The notes under the pieces: generated by a model
What the model was told of the DNA's origin: nothing
Database searches by the model: none
What the model saw: only the letters and a program-made list of their open reading frames with translations
Position numbers and translations under genes: made by a program
In this document: piece after piece, positions 1 through 10,093 of the stretch
Position numbering within the stretch: position 1 is the first letter of the stretch
How the letters are laid out: every line of letters begins with the position of its first letter
DNA from: an uncultured Alteromonas sp.
GTDB taxonomy: Bacteria > Pseudomonadota > Gammaproteobacteria > Enterobacterales > Alteromonadaceae
NCBI GenBank assembly: GCA_964454185.1
Contig: CAYVST010000003.1
Coordinates: 2,961-66,960, forward strand
Direction of reading: 5' to 3'
DNA: 64,000 nucleotides

Positions 1-426
1 GTAACCTTAGACAAACTTAGTTTCGGTTGGGCCGCAACAAACAATGGCTCTCAGGAAGTGTCTGTGGCTGCTTTGGGCGACAACAACTTCAACGCGCTCA
101 CAAGCGAAAACTCAACGTGGTCGTCTATTATTTCAGGTGCAATTTCAAGCTCGTTTTCAATCACGAAAGACGCAAGTAATACGCTGTCGTCGACGCTTGA
201 TTTCACCGAATCAGCTAAATACTGGTTGGTGGGCGCATACAATACTGTATTCGGCACTGTTGCCAACGGCTCGCAATTGAATGATAAGTTCAAAATTTCA
301 GGTGTAGAGTTCAGCAAAACGTCAACAACACCAACTCCTCCTACCGAAGTGAGCGAACCAGGTGCACTTGCATTAATGGCATTAAGTTTGGGTATGCTTC
401 TATATCGACGTAAACGCGCTGTATAG
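1..426 (+). CDS. PEP-CTERM (exosortase-dependent) surface protein, 5'-truncated by the window; resembles XDP1-type proteins
   Basis: Frame is open from base 1 (VTLDKLSFGWAA...). Thr/Pro linker, then VSEP + hydrophobic helix + RRKR C-terminal sorting signal. Confidence 0.85.
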   Translation, partial: VTLDKLSFGWAATNNGSQEVSVAALGDNNFNALTSENSTWSSIISGAISSSFSITKDASNTLSSTLDFTESAKYWLVGAYNTVFGTVANGSQLNDKFKISGVEFSKTSTTPTPPTEVSEPGALALMALSLGMLLYRRKRAV

Positions 427-460
427 TGCTTAAAAAGAAAAAGTAAAACACATATCTTTA

Positions 461-490
461 AAAAAAAGGTGGCTTATGCCACCTTTTTTT
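461..490 (+). terminator. Intrinsic terminator
   Basis: AAAAAAAGGTGGC-TTAT-GCCACCTTTTTTT. Confidence 0.85.
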
Positions 491-532
491 ATAATTATTT
501 AGCCTGCAAAAACGTTATTCTCAAAGGTACAT

Positions 533-3343
533 ATGAATTTAGTTACAGGGAAAAGTATGTTCAAACATGCTTTGATGTCGGTTGTTGCTACATCACTTAT
601 TACATTTAATGCATTCGCCACAACATCAGAAGATTATGAAAAGGCGCTAACCGCGTTTAACAAGGATGCATACGACGAAGCCTATATCCACCTTAAGAAT
701 AGTCTCAAAAAAGATCCAGAAAACCTTGCTGCTAAGCTTTTAATGGGCGAGGTTCTGCTTATAAATGGCTACCTAGGCGCCGCAGAGATGGAATTTATTG
801 AAGCGCTAGAAATGGGCGCAGATATCAACTTGCTCGCTGAGTCGTTGGGTAATGCGTGGCTCTTTTTAAATAAATACAAGAGCATCGTAGAGTTTGATGA
901 CGTTGATAAGTTGGCCGGAGAAGCCAGAACTGAATGGTTGTTAATAAGAGCCACTGCATGTATTCGTTTATCTGATTCGTCTTGCGCCAGTCGCGACTAC
1001 GCAGCCCTACTCTCCAGTGATCCAAATTTTGTTCCTGCAATAAATGGCATGGCATCAATCTCCTTACAAAATGAGGACCTCGATAAAGCGTCTTCACTTA
1101 TTGATAAGTCTTTATCGATAGAACCCGAAAATGCGATAACCTGGCGATTGAAAGGCCAGCTTGCTTACCGGCGTGGAGACAAGGAAGCCGCAACTGAACA
1201 CCTTCAGAAAGCGCTATCGTTTAATAGAGATGACCCCATCGCTCTTCGAAACCTCGTAGATTTGTATCTAGAGGCAAAAGACTACGATACGGCTAAGTTA
1301 TTTGTTGACGAAATCATAGAAGACACTCCCAACGACCCGCTAGCCATATTGTTAAATGGGTGGCTGCAAAGCCGGGATACTCAGCAGGCTATGGACAACG
1401 AAAAGTTGAAGGAACTTAATGAGTTCATGACGCAATTAGACCCTGAACTCATTGCATCACAGCCGATGCTAATGTACATCAGTGGCCTAACCAACTTCTT
1501 TAACAATAACCTTGAGCAATCTGGTCGCGATTTTAGCGCATATTTACAGCTAGAGCCGGACGATATCCAAGCGGTATTAATGCTAAGCCAAGTCTATCTC
1601 GCTACTCAACAAGACAAGAAAGCGTTAGTACTACTTGAACGCTATCAGGAAACCTTGATGGATGACCCTGATTCAGCACTTTTGCTAGGTGACCTATTTA
1701 TTCGCCAAAACAAAGCATTTAAGGCTGAACGTTTATTGCAGAATCTGGAGTACAGATATCCCAACGAGGGCAAGCTTCAGCTATTTAAAATAAAGCTAAT
1801 GGCCGCTCGCGGTAAACAAGAAGAAGCGCTACAAATATTAGAAGACAATCTGCCCCGTTACAGTGAAAACCCAGGCTTTCTCTTTACTTACTCTTTTATG
1901 AACCTACAAGCAGGACGTTTCGATGCTGCATTACGTGGCTCAGACCTTCTAAGCACACTCTTTCCTAATGAGGCTGAAGTATTCAATCTGAAGGCAGGTA
2001 TACTCATAAGACAAGGAAAATTGGCTGAAGCAAAGCAAAACATAGAGTTAGCGTTAGCGCAAAGTCCGACACTATTTCCTGCAAAATTCAATCTCGCAGC
2101 CACAGAAAGTCGCTTGGGTAACCTTGATAAATCAAATGAATTAGTAGAGGAATTATTAACGCTCTCTCCTCAGCATACCGAGTCGTTGATGCTAAAAGCG
2201 TTTAACCTTACCAAGCAAAATAATGTTGAAGCGGCCAAGACAATATATCTAGACATTCTTACTCTCACTCCAACCCATATTGGTGCCAGAGAAAAACTCT
2301 CTACTTTGTATCAACAACAGGATAATTTGCGAGATGCTCTTTACCATCTAGACCTCCTGCTCAAAGATGATTTTGATAACCCAACATATCTGCTGCGAAA
2401 AGCCGCCATTCAGATAACGTCTAATGACCAAGAAAGCGCGCAACGAACGCTTAGCGTTGTTAGGAACTTTATCAATGATGATCCGGGGAAACTGGTGGCA
2501 TTCTCAGAACAATCTATGCGTATGAATGATGCTGAATCAGCCAAGAACGCTATGGCGAGAGCGCATACCATTGCTGCTGAGAGCGTATTCATTACCTTAA
2601 GATACGCAGGCTTGATGCTAGACCTACAAGAAAACGAAGTCGCGAACATGTTGTTGAGTAAAATTCCGACTGAACAACAGAACACGCCTCTATACCACTT
2701 CTTGCTCGGCCGCCTATCTGCGAATAAAGACGATAGTGATGCTGCAGTAAATCACTATACAAAGGCGTTGTCTGTCGATGCTAGTTTCTCGCGAGCCCTT
2801 ATTGCCTTGTACAACTATGCATTAGACGAACAGCATGTTGACACGTTTATATCAACTGCGAAAAAACTTGTCGCTGAAAACGAGAGAAATCAGCTTGCAA
2901 AGAACCTGCTAGCGCAGTATCTGTATTTTATTCGTGAATTTGATGAGGCTACAGAGCTTTATGAGGCGATGGTAAAAGAGTCTGATCTGCTCAACCCAGC
3001 AGAAGCGTTCAATAGACTCGCTATAATGAGTATTGAATCTTCTCTTGTAGCAGCCCGAAATTACGTAGAAAAGGCTTATGCTCTTCAACCGAATTCAGCA
3101 AAAATATTAGATACATACGGTCATATCAAAGCGCTTCAGGGAGACTTCGAAGGCAGCCTCAAAATGTTGCGTGATGCTTTTGCTAGAGATGCCAACGACC
3201 CCAATATTCGCTTTCATTTAGGGTACACACTGGCCAAATTGAACCGCAAAGAAGAAGCAAGGAAAGAACTAACCTTTGCAGTTAATGTAAAACGACCGTT
3301 TTTCAAACGGCCTCAAGCAGCCGAACTACTAGAAAGCCTTTAA
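533..3343 (+). CDS. prsT: PEP-CTERM system TPR-repeat protein, PrsT-like (start may be ATG 557)
   Basis: 936 aa of TPR repeats, signal peptide, N-terminal AYIHLKNSLK, C-terminal ILDTYG...RFHLG; adjacent to PEP-CTERM genes. Confidence 0.85.
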   Translation: MNLVTGKSMFKHALMSVVATSLITFNAFATTSEDYEKALTAFNKDAYDEAYIHLKNSLKKDPENLAAKLLMGEVLLINGYLGAAEMEFIEALEMGADINLLAESLGNAWLFLNKYKSIVEFDDVDKLAGEARTEWLLIRATACIRLSDSSCASRDYAALLSSDPNFVPAINGMASISLQNEDLDKASSLIDKSLSIEPENAITWRLKGQLAYRRGDKEAATEHLQKALSFNRDDPIALRNLVDLYLEAKDYDTAKLFVDEIIEDTPNDPLAILLNGWLQSRDTQQAMDNEKLKELNEFMTQLDPELIASQPMLMYISGLTNFFNNNLEQSGRDFSAYLQLEPDDIQAVLMLSQVYLATQQDKKALVLLERYQETLMDDPDSALLLGDLFIRQNKAFKAERLLQNLEYRYPNEGKLQLFKIKLMAARGKQEEALQILEDNLPRYSENPGFLFTYSFMNLQAGRFDAALRGSDLLSTLFPNEAEVFNLKAGILIRQGKLAEAKQNIELALAQSPTLFPAKFNLAATESRLGNLDKSNELVEELLTLSPQHTESLMLKAFNLTKQNNVEAAKTIYLDILTLTPTHIGAREKLSTLYQQQDNLRDALYHLDLLLKDDFDNPTYLLRKAAIQITSNDQESAQRTLSVVRNFINDDPGKLVAFSEQSMRMNDAESAKNAMARAHTIAAESVFITLRYAGLMLDLQENEVANMLLSKIPTEQQNTPLYHFLLGRLSANKDDSDAAVNHYTKALSVDASFSRALIALYNYALDEQHVDTFISTAKKLVAENERNQLAKNLLAQYLYFIREFDEATELYEAMVKESDLLNPAEAFNRLAIMSIESSLVAARNYVEKAYALQPNSAKILDTYGHIKALQGDFEGSLKMLRDAFARDANDPNIRFHLGYTLAKLNRKEEARKELTFAVNVKRPFFKRPQAAELLESL

Positions 3344-3426
3344 GTTAACAAGGCATGGGCGCGATAAGTAGTAAACGCACATGCCAATTTATAAGCGGAT
3401 AACGTACGCCATTAGGTCCTTTAAGC

Positions 3427-3443
3427 TGTCACTATATTTTACA
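3427..3443 (+). promoter_or_regulatory. Putative sigma54 enhancer (PrsR-type) site TGT-N11-ACA
   Basis: TGTCACTATATTTTACA about 50 bp upstream of a sigma54 motif. Confidence 0.6.
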
Positions 3444-3476
3444 ACTGCGTATACATCATTAATAATTCTTTTTGCA

Positions 3477-3489
3477 AATCAATAAATTA
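3477..3489 (+). promoter_or_regulatory. Putative IHF site
   Basis: AATCAATAAATTA matches WATCAANNNNTTR; lies between the enhancer and the sigma54 site, with an AT tract upstream. Confidence 0.6.
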
Positions 3490-3494
3490 AACAC

Positions 3495-3510
3495 TGGTCT
3501 GATTTGTGCA
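3495..3510 (+). promoter_or_regulatory. Putative sigma54 -24/-12 promoter
   Basis: TGGTCTGATTTGTGCA has GG-N10-GC spacing; RBS GAGGAG at 3531. Confidence 0.65.
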
Positions 3511-3542
3511 TGTAAAAACCGAACATTTATGAGGAGTTATCA

Positions 3543-4439
3543 GTGTTTTCGCTTAAACAACTGTTTTGCATATCGTTAGTCGTTTTTTCTGCCAATGTGG
3601 CGGCGACGGTGAGGGTTATAGACTTCGACCTCGACGCAAATCTAAATTGGATAAAGAACGGCCAGGTTATAGACGATGAATATGCCGATTGGGGCATTTT
3701 AATTTCTAGCTGTAACACGAACGGGGCTGCCGCTGTAGGTACAGACAGAACAACAGGTGTTTGTAACGACGACCCAAATGCATCAAACCCTGACTACAGT
3801 GGTAGACAGGCTGCTTTTAATACTCAAGCGAGTAATACAAGAGATCCTGACCTTGAATTCAGTAAAACGAACAAAAAGTGGTATGGGTCTATTTCTGGCG
3901 ATGAATACAACACTTTAGATGATTACAAAAGCTACTACGCTGATATCAAGAACCAAATTGGTACTGGCGGTGGCTTATGGAAAAGACCAGGAAACGCACT
4001 TATATTAAACGAGCATAGCTGCTCTACAACGCAGTGTACAAACCCTGATGATGAAGGTACACGTCCTGGCGGCTTTTTTGTTTTTGATTTTACCGATGGC
4101 CCAGTTGATATTCTTAACTTGGACTTCTTTGATGTAGAGGGCGTGGAACGCACGGATACAACGTCTCCGCAAAACCTTGTGTATTTCTTCTATGCTGATG
4201 GAACGTCAGGCAGCACTATTGTAGAAGCACCGGGTGATAACGAATATGCGAGAAAAGATTTTGTTAGTACAGAGCTAGCATCACTCTACACAAACGTTAC
4301 GCGTTTAGTTGTAAACCTGCCCGGCTCAGGTGCAATCAACAACTTAATTGTTCAATCTACGCAGGTCCCTGCTCCCACTGCTATCGCGTTATTCCTAACA
4401 GCAGGTTTAATAACGTTACGCAGAAGAAAAGCAGCCTAA
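3543..4439 (+). CDS. PEP-CTERM surface protein
   Basis: GTG start with strong RBS, signal peptide (ANVAA), C-terminal VPAP + hydrophobic helix + RRRK. Confidence 0.85.
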   Translation: MFSLKQLFCISLVVFSANVAATVRVIDFDLDANLNWIKNGQVIDDEYADWGILISSCNTNGAAAVGTDRTTGVCNDDPNASNPDYSGRQAAFNTQASNTRDPDLEFSKTNKKWYGSISGDEYNTLDDYKSYYADIKNQIGTGGGLWKRPGNALILNEHSCSTTQCTNPDDEGTRPGGFFVFDFTDGPVDILNLDFFDVEGVERTDTTSPQNLVYFFYADGTSGSTIVEAPGDNEYARKDFVSTELASLYTNVTRLVVNLPGSGAINNLIVQSTQVPAPTAIALFLTAGLITLRRRKAA

Positions 4440-4446
4440 TGCATTC

Positions 4447-4467
4447 GCGGCGCTCTTTTAGCGCCGC
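4447..4467 (+). other. GC-rich hairpin without a U-tail (RNA stabiliser or weak terminator)
   Basis: GCGGCGCT-CTTTT-AGCGCCGC right after the stop codon. Confidence 0.5.
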
Positions 4468-4527
4468 TTCGCATTTGCATCATTTTTATCTATAATTTTC
4501 CTTTCTCTTATTCCTTCTGGTAACGCA

Positions 4528-7320
4528 ATGCTTTTTAGCCGTATTGGTATTTTACTTGCCGTCCTTTGTTCATTTAGCGCCTCCGCCATTGAGCTTGAAG
4601 AAACACATTACGAAAAAGCGGTAGATTCGGTGGCCCAAGCGCAACTTGAAGACGCTTATATACATTTAAAAAACGCATTGAATATAAACCCAAACCACGT
4701 GCCTTCGAAACTATTGATGGGTGATATGCTGTATGCACGGGGTTATTTTGAAGCGGCTTTACAAGAACTAAAAGAAGCAAAAGAGCTGGGCGCTGATGAG
4801 AATCTTACTGCAGTTACTATTGCTCGTTCATTGTTGGTACTAGAGCGTTACAATGAAATTATCTCGATGGATACTGGTTCGTTTAGAAAAGACATTGCTT
4901 TTGAAATCTACTTGATTAAGGCAATAGCTCAACATCAAATAACACCAAAAAGTGACGCGCTAGCTTTTATTGATAGCGCACAAGGTATAAGGCCAAATTC
5001 ACTTCGAGTGCTTCAAAGCTACAGCTTACATTACCTGCTTATAGGCAACTTTACGCAAAGCCAACAATACATAGATAAAGCCGTTCAAGCATATGGTGAC
5101 AGTGCACAAAACTATCATCTTCAGGGCCAGCTTGACTATGCGAAGGGTAACTTCCCCAGCGCGGCCTTAGCCTTTGAACAAGCTCTAACTTTTTCCACAG
5201 AAAATCCAATCGTCAGACGCGCGCTAGCGAATACTTACATGGAACTAGGAAAGTACAATCAAGCATTAGAGCTAGCACAGAAGATAGTAGACCAAACGCC
5301 TGGAGACCCACATGCAAAACTACTTTTGGGGCGTTTGCGAGCGCAAAACAATCAACCCGACGTTTCAAAACAGATTTTTAGTGAGCTGCTTGCAGAATTG
5401 ACCTTAGTACCACCAGAAATAATGCGTGGTAATAATGATTTGCAGTTCGTCAATGCTTTTGCTTCGTACTTAAATAAAGACTATGAAAATGCAGTGAAGG
5501 CGCTTGAAAGCTATCTGCTAACACACAGTAACAACACTAGAGCACTGGCACTTTTAGCTGATACACATATCAGCCTTGGTAACGCTAAAGCGGCGTTAAC
5601 ATTGCTCGATCTTAATGAAAGTAACGTCTTACAGAACATTCCATTAACGGTAACTTTGTGTAATTTATATATTGAGAATAACAGAAGCTTTAAATGCGAT
5701 AGCCTCTTGTTTCGTGCTGAAGCGCTTCATGGAAAAACAGCAACGTTTGACTTAGTGCGTGTTAATGCACTGATGGAAAGAGAGAAATTCGAAGATGCGT
5801 ATATCATTTTTGAACGCACATTCGAGGCTTCTTCTGATGAAGACCTGATTTTAATCGGGATTGAGCTCAAAACAAGGACCGAACGTTACACCGAGGCATT
5901 AAAAGACGTTAAAGCGCTATATAAGACAAGCACAGATCAAGAAAAATTGATTCTAATAGAGGGCACCGTTTTAAAAGCATCAGGTGATATCACCGCCGCG
6001 TTAGCTAAAATTGAGCCTCTTGTACAGGCAGCACAGCCACCTGAACAGGCACTCATTCTCTATAGCGAATTGCTGCTCATGTCAGGGCAATATGAAGACG
6101 CGCAAGTCTTGTCAGAGCGCTTGTATGCTCAATCACAAGACCTTGAAAAAACGATACTGCTTGCAAACACTTATAGAGCACTCGGGAAAAATAGAGACGC
6201 CATCGAGCTATTGGAGTCTGCTAAGAAAGACTTTTCGGGAAGCGATACTGTTGCGCGTTTACTCCTTTTGCTTTACTCGTCCTCCAACATGCTTGATGAG
6301 GCAATAGTGCAAGCCGATGAGTTACTGCGACGAAATCGTTTGGACGAGTCAGCATTGATTCAGAAAGCTGAACTATTGATACGTCAAGGCTCGACACAAA
6401 AAGCCAACGTGTCGCTGAATATCCTTCATGGACTTTGGCTGGACGATGCCCGAAGATTAGTTCAATTAAGTGTATTACAAAGAAAGGCAAACAATTTTAA
6501 GGGTGCAGAGACATCACTCAAAGAAGCACAACAATTAGCCCCAGACAGTATTACCGTTAGGTTGGAAATTGCAAAGTTAAAGCTAAAGAGCGGGACATTT
6601 GATGGTCTTGCGTCAGATATCGATTTTCTTGTTAAAAACGCCCCAAATAGCAGCGTTGTTTTCTCTTTACGAGGTCAATACTACAACGCAACAAACGAGG
6701 CACAAAAAGCGTTTGAATCTTTTCTTTTGGCGTACGATTTAGACCCTTCCCTCACCTTAAACGCTGCATATTTGTTCAAGAATATTGGCAATAATGTAAG
6801 CAATGCTAATGAATTTGAAAAAAGAATGAATACCTTTTTGGTCAGTCAGCCAGACGCTCACTTTCACAGACGATTATTAGCCGACTTTTTTATTACAAAT
6901 AAACGATACCAGGAAGCAGAGGCGCACTATCGCATTCTTGCTGCTGTCGACAATCTGTACGATAAAGCAACGGTACTCAACAATTTAGCAATTATTACCA
7001 TTCCCAAAGACTTAGAAAAGGCACTGTCTTTCTCTGAAGAGGCACTCGCTGAATCTCCTAACGCTCCAGATTTGCTAGATACTCACGGTTGGATTTTGTC
7101 GCTTCAAGGAAAGTATGAAGAAGCACTCCCCAGCCTGAGAAGAGCTTATTCTTACAACGCCGTCGACCCTAACATCATGTATCACTTAGGTGTAGTGCTT
7201 GCTAAGCAAGGAAAAACTGCTCAAGCTAAATTAGAATTGAAGAATGCGTTGGCCTCAGACATGCCTTTTGACGATAGAGCGCAAGCCAAAGCGCTTCTAC
7301 AGTCTTTAGAAACGCCATAA
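4528..7320 (+). CDS. prsT: Second PrsT-like TPR-repeat protein
   Basis: 930 aa TPR protein; AYIHLKNAL and LLDTHGW...MYHLG motifs shared with 533..3343. Confidence 0.82.
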   Translation: MLFSRIGILLAVLCSFSASAIELEETHYEKAVDSVAQAQLEDAYIHLKNALNINPNHVPSKLLMGDMLYARGYFEAALQELKEAKELGADENLTAVTIARSLLVLERYNEIISMDTGSFRKDIAFEIYLIKAIAQHQITPKSDALAFIDSAQGIRPNSLRVLQSYSLHYLLIGNFTQSQQYIDKAVQAYGDSAQNYHLQGQLDYAKGNFPSAALAFEQALTFSTENPIVRRALANTYMELGKYNQALELAQKIVDQTPGDPHAKLLLGRLRAQNNQPDVSKQIFSELLAELTLVPPEIMRGNNDLQFVNAFASYLNKDYENAVKALESYLLTHSNNTRALALLADTHISLGNAKAALTLLDLNESNVLQNIPLTVTLCNLYIENNRSFKCDSLLFRAEALHGKTATFDLVRVNALMEREKFEDAYIIFERTFEASSDEDLILIGIELKTRTERYTEALKDVKALYKTSTDQEKLILIEGTVLKASGDITAALAKIEPLVQAAQPPEQALILYSELLLMSGQYEDAQVLSERLYAQSQDLEKTILLANTYRALGKNRDAIELLESAKKDFSGSDTVARLLLLLYSSSNMLDEAIVQADELLRRNRLDESALIQKAELLIRQGSTQKANVSLNILHGLWLDDARRLVQLSVLQRKANNFKGAETSLKEAQQLAPDSITVRLEIAKLKLKSGTFDGLASDIDFLVKNAPNSSVVFSLRGQYYNATNEAQKAFESFLLAYDLDPSLTLNAAYLFKNIGNNVSNANEFEKRMNTFLVSQPDAHFHRRLLADFFITNKRYQEAEAHYRILAAVDNLYDKATVLNNLAIITIPKDLEKALSFSEEALAESPNAPDLLDTHGWILSLQGKYEEALPSLRRAYSYNAVDPNIMYHLGVVLAKQGKTAQAKLELKNALASDMPFDDRAQAKALLQSLETP

Positions 7321-7339
7321 TACTTGTACACACAAAATA

Positions 7340-7363
7340 AGGGCGACGCGGCAAAGTCGCCCT
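7340..7363 (-). terminator. Hairpin/terminator between convergent prsT and clpB
   Basis: AGGGCGAC-N8-GTCGCCCT, followed by TATTTT on the minus strand. Confidence 0.6.
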
Positions 7364-7372
7364 GTAACGTCT

Positions 7373-9949
7373 TTACTGACTCAACACAAATAGTCCACTG
7401 TCATCAGCATCAACACGAATTGTAGACTCAGGCATAAGCTCGCCCGACAACAATTTATGCGCTAATGGGTTTTCTACTTGCACTTGAATGGCGCGTTTAA
7501 GAGGACGCGCACCAAACACGGGATCGAACCCTGCTTCTGCCAGCTTATCCATTGCCGCAGCGGACAAGGTTAACTTATATCCTTTTTCTGCAAGTCTGGC
7601 GCGTAATGACGCCAATTGGATTTTAGCAATAGACTTAATTTCTTCTTTACCAAGGGGATGAAACACAACGATATCATCAACCCGGTTGATAAACTCTGGC
7701 CTAAAGTGTTGACCTACACCCCCCATAACTGCAGCTTTCATTTCATCGTACTGATTATCACTGTGCTTGTCTTGAATGACATCTGAACCCAAGTTGGAGG
7801 TCATAATGACAACAGTATTTTTAAAGTCTACCGTACGTCCCTGACCATCAGTTAAACGCCCGTCATCTAATACTTGAAGTAATATGTTGAATACGTCAGG
7901 GTGTGCCTTTTCAACCTCATCGAGCAAGATAACGGAGTATGGCTTACGGCGCACCGCCTCTGTTAGATAGCCACCCTCTTCGTAGCCCACGTACCCCGGA
8001 GGCGCTCCAACCAAACGTGCCACTGAGTGTTTTTCCATAAACTCAGACATATCAATGCGTATCATTGCATCTTCAGTATCAAACATAAATCCAGCGAGGG
8101 CTTTGCACAGTTCGGTTTTACCTACGCCAGTTGGGCCTAAGAATAAAAACGAGCCTATGGGACGTGCAGGGTCAGCGAGTCCTGCTCGTGACCGCCTTAT
8201 TGCATTTGAAACCGCTTCAACCGCTTCTTCTTGACCAACCACTCGTTTATGTAAAACGTCTTCCATACGAAGGAGTTTATCTCGCTCTCCTTCGAGCATT
8301 TTGGCAACGGGGATACCCGTCCATCGCGACAGCACGTCTGCAATTTCTGCATCCGTAACTTTGTTTTTTACAAGCTTAGTTTCGCGAGTTTCATTTTCTG
8401 CCGCTTGCTCTAATTGTGCCTCTAGTTCTGGAATGCGGCCATATTGAAGTTCAGACATACGATTTAAATCAGATGCCCTTCTTGCAATTTCTAGGTCTAA
8501 TTTCGCCTGCTCTAACTCTCCCTTAATAGTTTGCGTACCTTGCATAGCGTCTTTTTCATCTAGCCATACTTTTTCAAGCTCCGCATACTTCGTCTCAGCT
8601 TGCTCGCGCTCAAGCTCGATCATTTCTAAGCGCTTATGGCTTGCATCGTCCGTTTCTTTTGCAAGAGCCTGTTCTTCCAACTTGAGCTGAATAATTCGGC
8701 GCTCAAGTCTATCCATGTCCTCAGGTTTAGAATCAATTTGCAAACGAATACTTGACGCCGCTTCGTCTATTAGGTCTATAGCCTTGTCTGGAAGTTGCCT
8801 ATCGCTAATATAACGATGAGACAAACTAGCGGCCGCCACTATCGCGGGGTCAGTAATATCAACCGAATGATGAAGCTCATAGCGCTCTTTTAATCCACGC
8901 AAAATAGCAATGGTGTCTTCTACACTAGGCTCTTCTACTAGGACTTTTTGGAAACGGCGCTCAAGTGCGGCATCTTTTTCTATATATTGTCTGTATTCGT
9001 CAAGCGTAGTTGCGCCTACACAGTGAAGCTCGCCGCGTGCAAGAGCAGGTTTAAGCATATTGCCAGCGTCCATGGCACCGTCGCCTTTACCTGCTCCCAC
9101 CATAGTGTGAAGCTCATCGACGAATAAGATCACGCGGCCTTCTTCTTTGGCTAATTCATTGAGTACAGCCTTAAGGCGCTCTTCAAATTCACCGCGGTAC
9201 TTTGCACCCGCAACCAATGCACCCATATCTAATGCAAGTACCCGTTTATTTTTCAAACCTTCTGGCACTTCACCATTAATGATACGCTGCGCCAGCCCTT
9301 CGACAATCGCAGTTTTACCCACACCTGGTTCGCCAATCAATACCGGGTTATTCTTGGTACGACGCTGTAAAACCTGTACCGTGCGACGAATTTCGTCATC
9401 ACGACCTATAACGGGGTCTAGTTTGCCTTGTTCTGCGCGCTCGGTAAGGTCTGTTGTGTATTTTTCCAGTGCTTGTCTTACATCTTCGGCATTGGGGTCG
9501 GTTACCGTTTGTCCCCCCCGCATGTCGTCTATCGCAGCCTCAACAGTGTCTTGGGTAATGTTTAAGCTCTTAAGTATTTCGCCCAAGCGCCCTTTGTCTT
9601 GCAGCGCCGCCAATACAAAGATTTCTGACGTGATATATTCATCTTTACGCTGCTGTGCAATTTTGTCGCACAAGTTTAAGAGTATGCCGCTGTCTTTGCT
9701 AAGCTGAACGTCTCCGCCTATGCCTTCAATTCTCGGCAAACGTTCAATAGCCTGACTCAGCGCTGAGCGCAGCGCATTCACATTAATGTTGGCTTGATCT
9801 AAGAGCGGTCTAACTGACCCTCCCTGTTGATTAAGCATCGCTGTCATTAAATGAACAGGTTCGATGTACTGATGGTCTCTACCCAATGCGAGTGATTGAG
9901 CATCGGAAATAGCGAGCTGAAATTTACTGGTAAATCTGTCTAATCTCAT
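7373..9949 (-). CDS. clpB: ATP-dependent chaperone ClpB
   Basis: Two AAA+ Walker A motifs ([16 protein letters not shown]), coiled-coil middle domain, MRLDRFT N-terminus. Confidence 0.98.
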   Translation of the reverse strand: MRLDRFTSKFQLAISDAQSLALGRDHQYIEPVHLMTAMLNQQGGSVRPLLDQANINVNALRSALSQAIERLPRIEGIGGDVQLSKDSGILLNLCDKIAQQRKDEYITSEIFVLAALQDKGRLGEILKSLNITQDTVEAAIDDMRGGQTVTDPNAEDVRQALEKYTTDLTERAEQGKLDPVIGRDDEIRRTVQVLQRRTKNNPVLIGEPGVGKTAIVEGLAQRIINGEVPEGLKNKRVLALDMGALVAGAKYRGEFEERLKAVLNELAKEEGRVILFVDELHTMVGAGKGDGAMDAGNMLKPALARGELHCVGATTLDEYRQYIEKDAALERRFQKVLVEEPSVEDTIAILRGLKERYELHHSVDITDPAIVAAASLSHRYISDRQLPDKAIDLIDEAASSIRLQIDSKPEDMDRLERRIIQLKLEEQALAKETDDASHKRLEMIELEREQAETKYAELEKVWLDEKDAMQGTQTIKGELEQAKLDLEIARRASDLNRMSELQYGRIPELEAQLEQAAENETRETKLVKNKVTDAEIADVLSRWTGIPVAKMLEGERDKLLRMEDVLHKRVVGQEEAVEAVSNAIRRSRAGLADPARPIGSFLFLGPTGVGKTELCKALAGFMFDTEDAMIRIDMSEFMEKHSVARLVGAPPGYVGYEEGGYLTEAVRRKPYSVILLDEVEKAHPDVFNILLQVLDDGRLTDGQGRTVDFKNTVVIMTSNLGSDVIQDKHSDNQYDEMKAAVMGGVGQHFRPEFINRVDDIVVFHPLGKEEIKSIAKIQLASLRARLAEKGYKLTLSAAAMDKLAEAGFDPVFGARPLKRAIQVQVENPLAHKLLSGELMPESTIRVDADDSGLFVLSQ

Positions 9950-10000
9950 AATCTCAACCTAAAAGGGAAACATTAAAATGTTTTTAATTCGTTGCAGTAG

Positions 10001-10029
10001 TTATGGGATCTGGTGAATTATGATTCAAG
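10001..10029 (-). promoter_or_regulatory. sigma32 heat-shock promoter of clpB
   Basis: Minus strand CTTGAA-N15-TCCCATAA. Confidence 0.75.
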
Positions 10030-10093
10030 TAGTTAAATGAAATCTTAGTCAAAAAGATAACAAAAGCGCATAGAAATTTGATTTAAAACAAAT

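Noticed and set aside
9147-9707. 186-aa antisense ORF within clpB, and similar shadow ORFs in dxs, glyA, lpxD, ettA and serB
   Set aside because: They are antisense shadows of conserved genes with no RBS or recognisable motifs.
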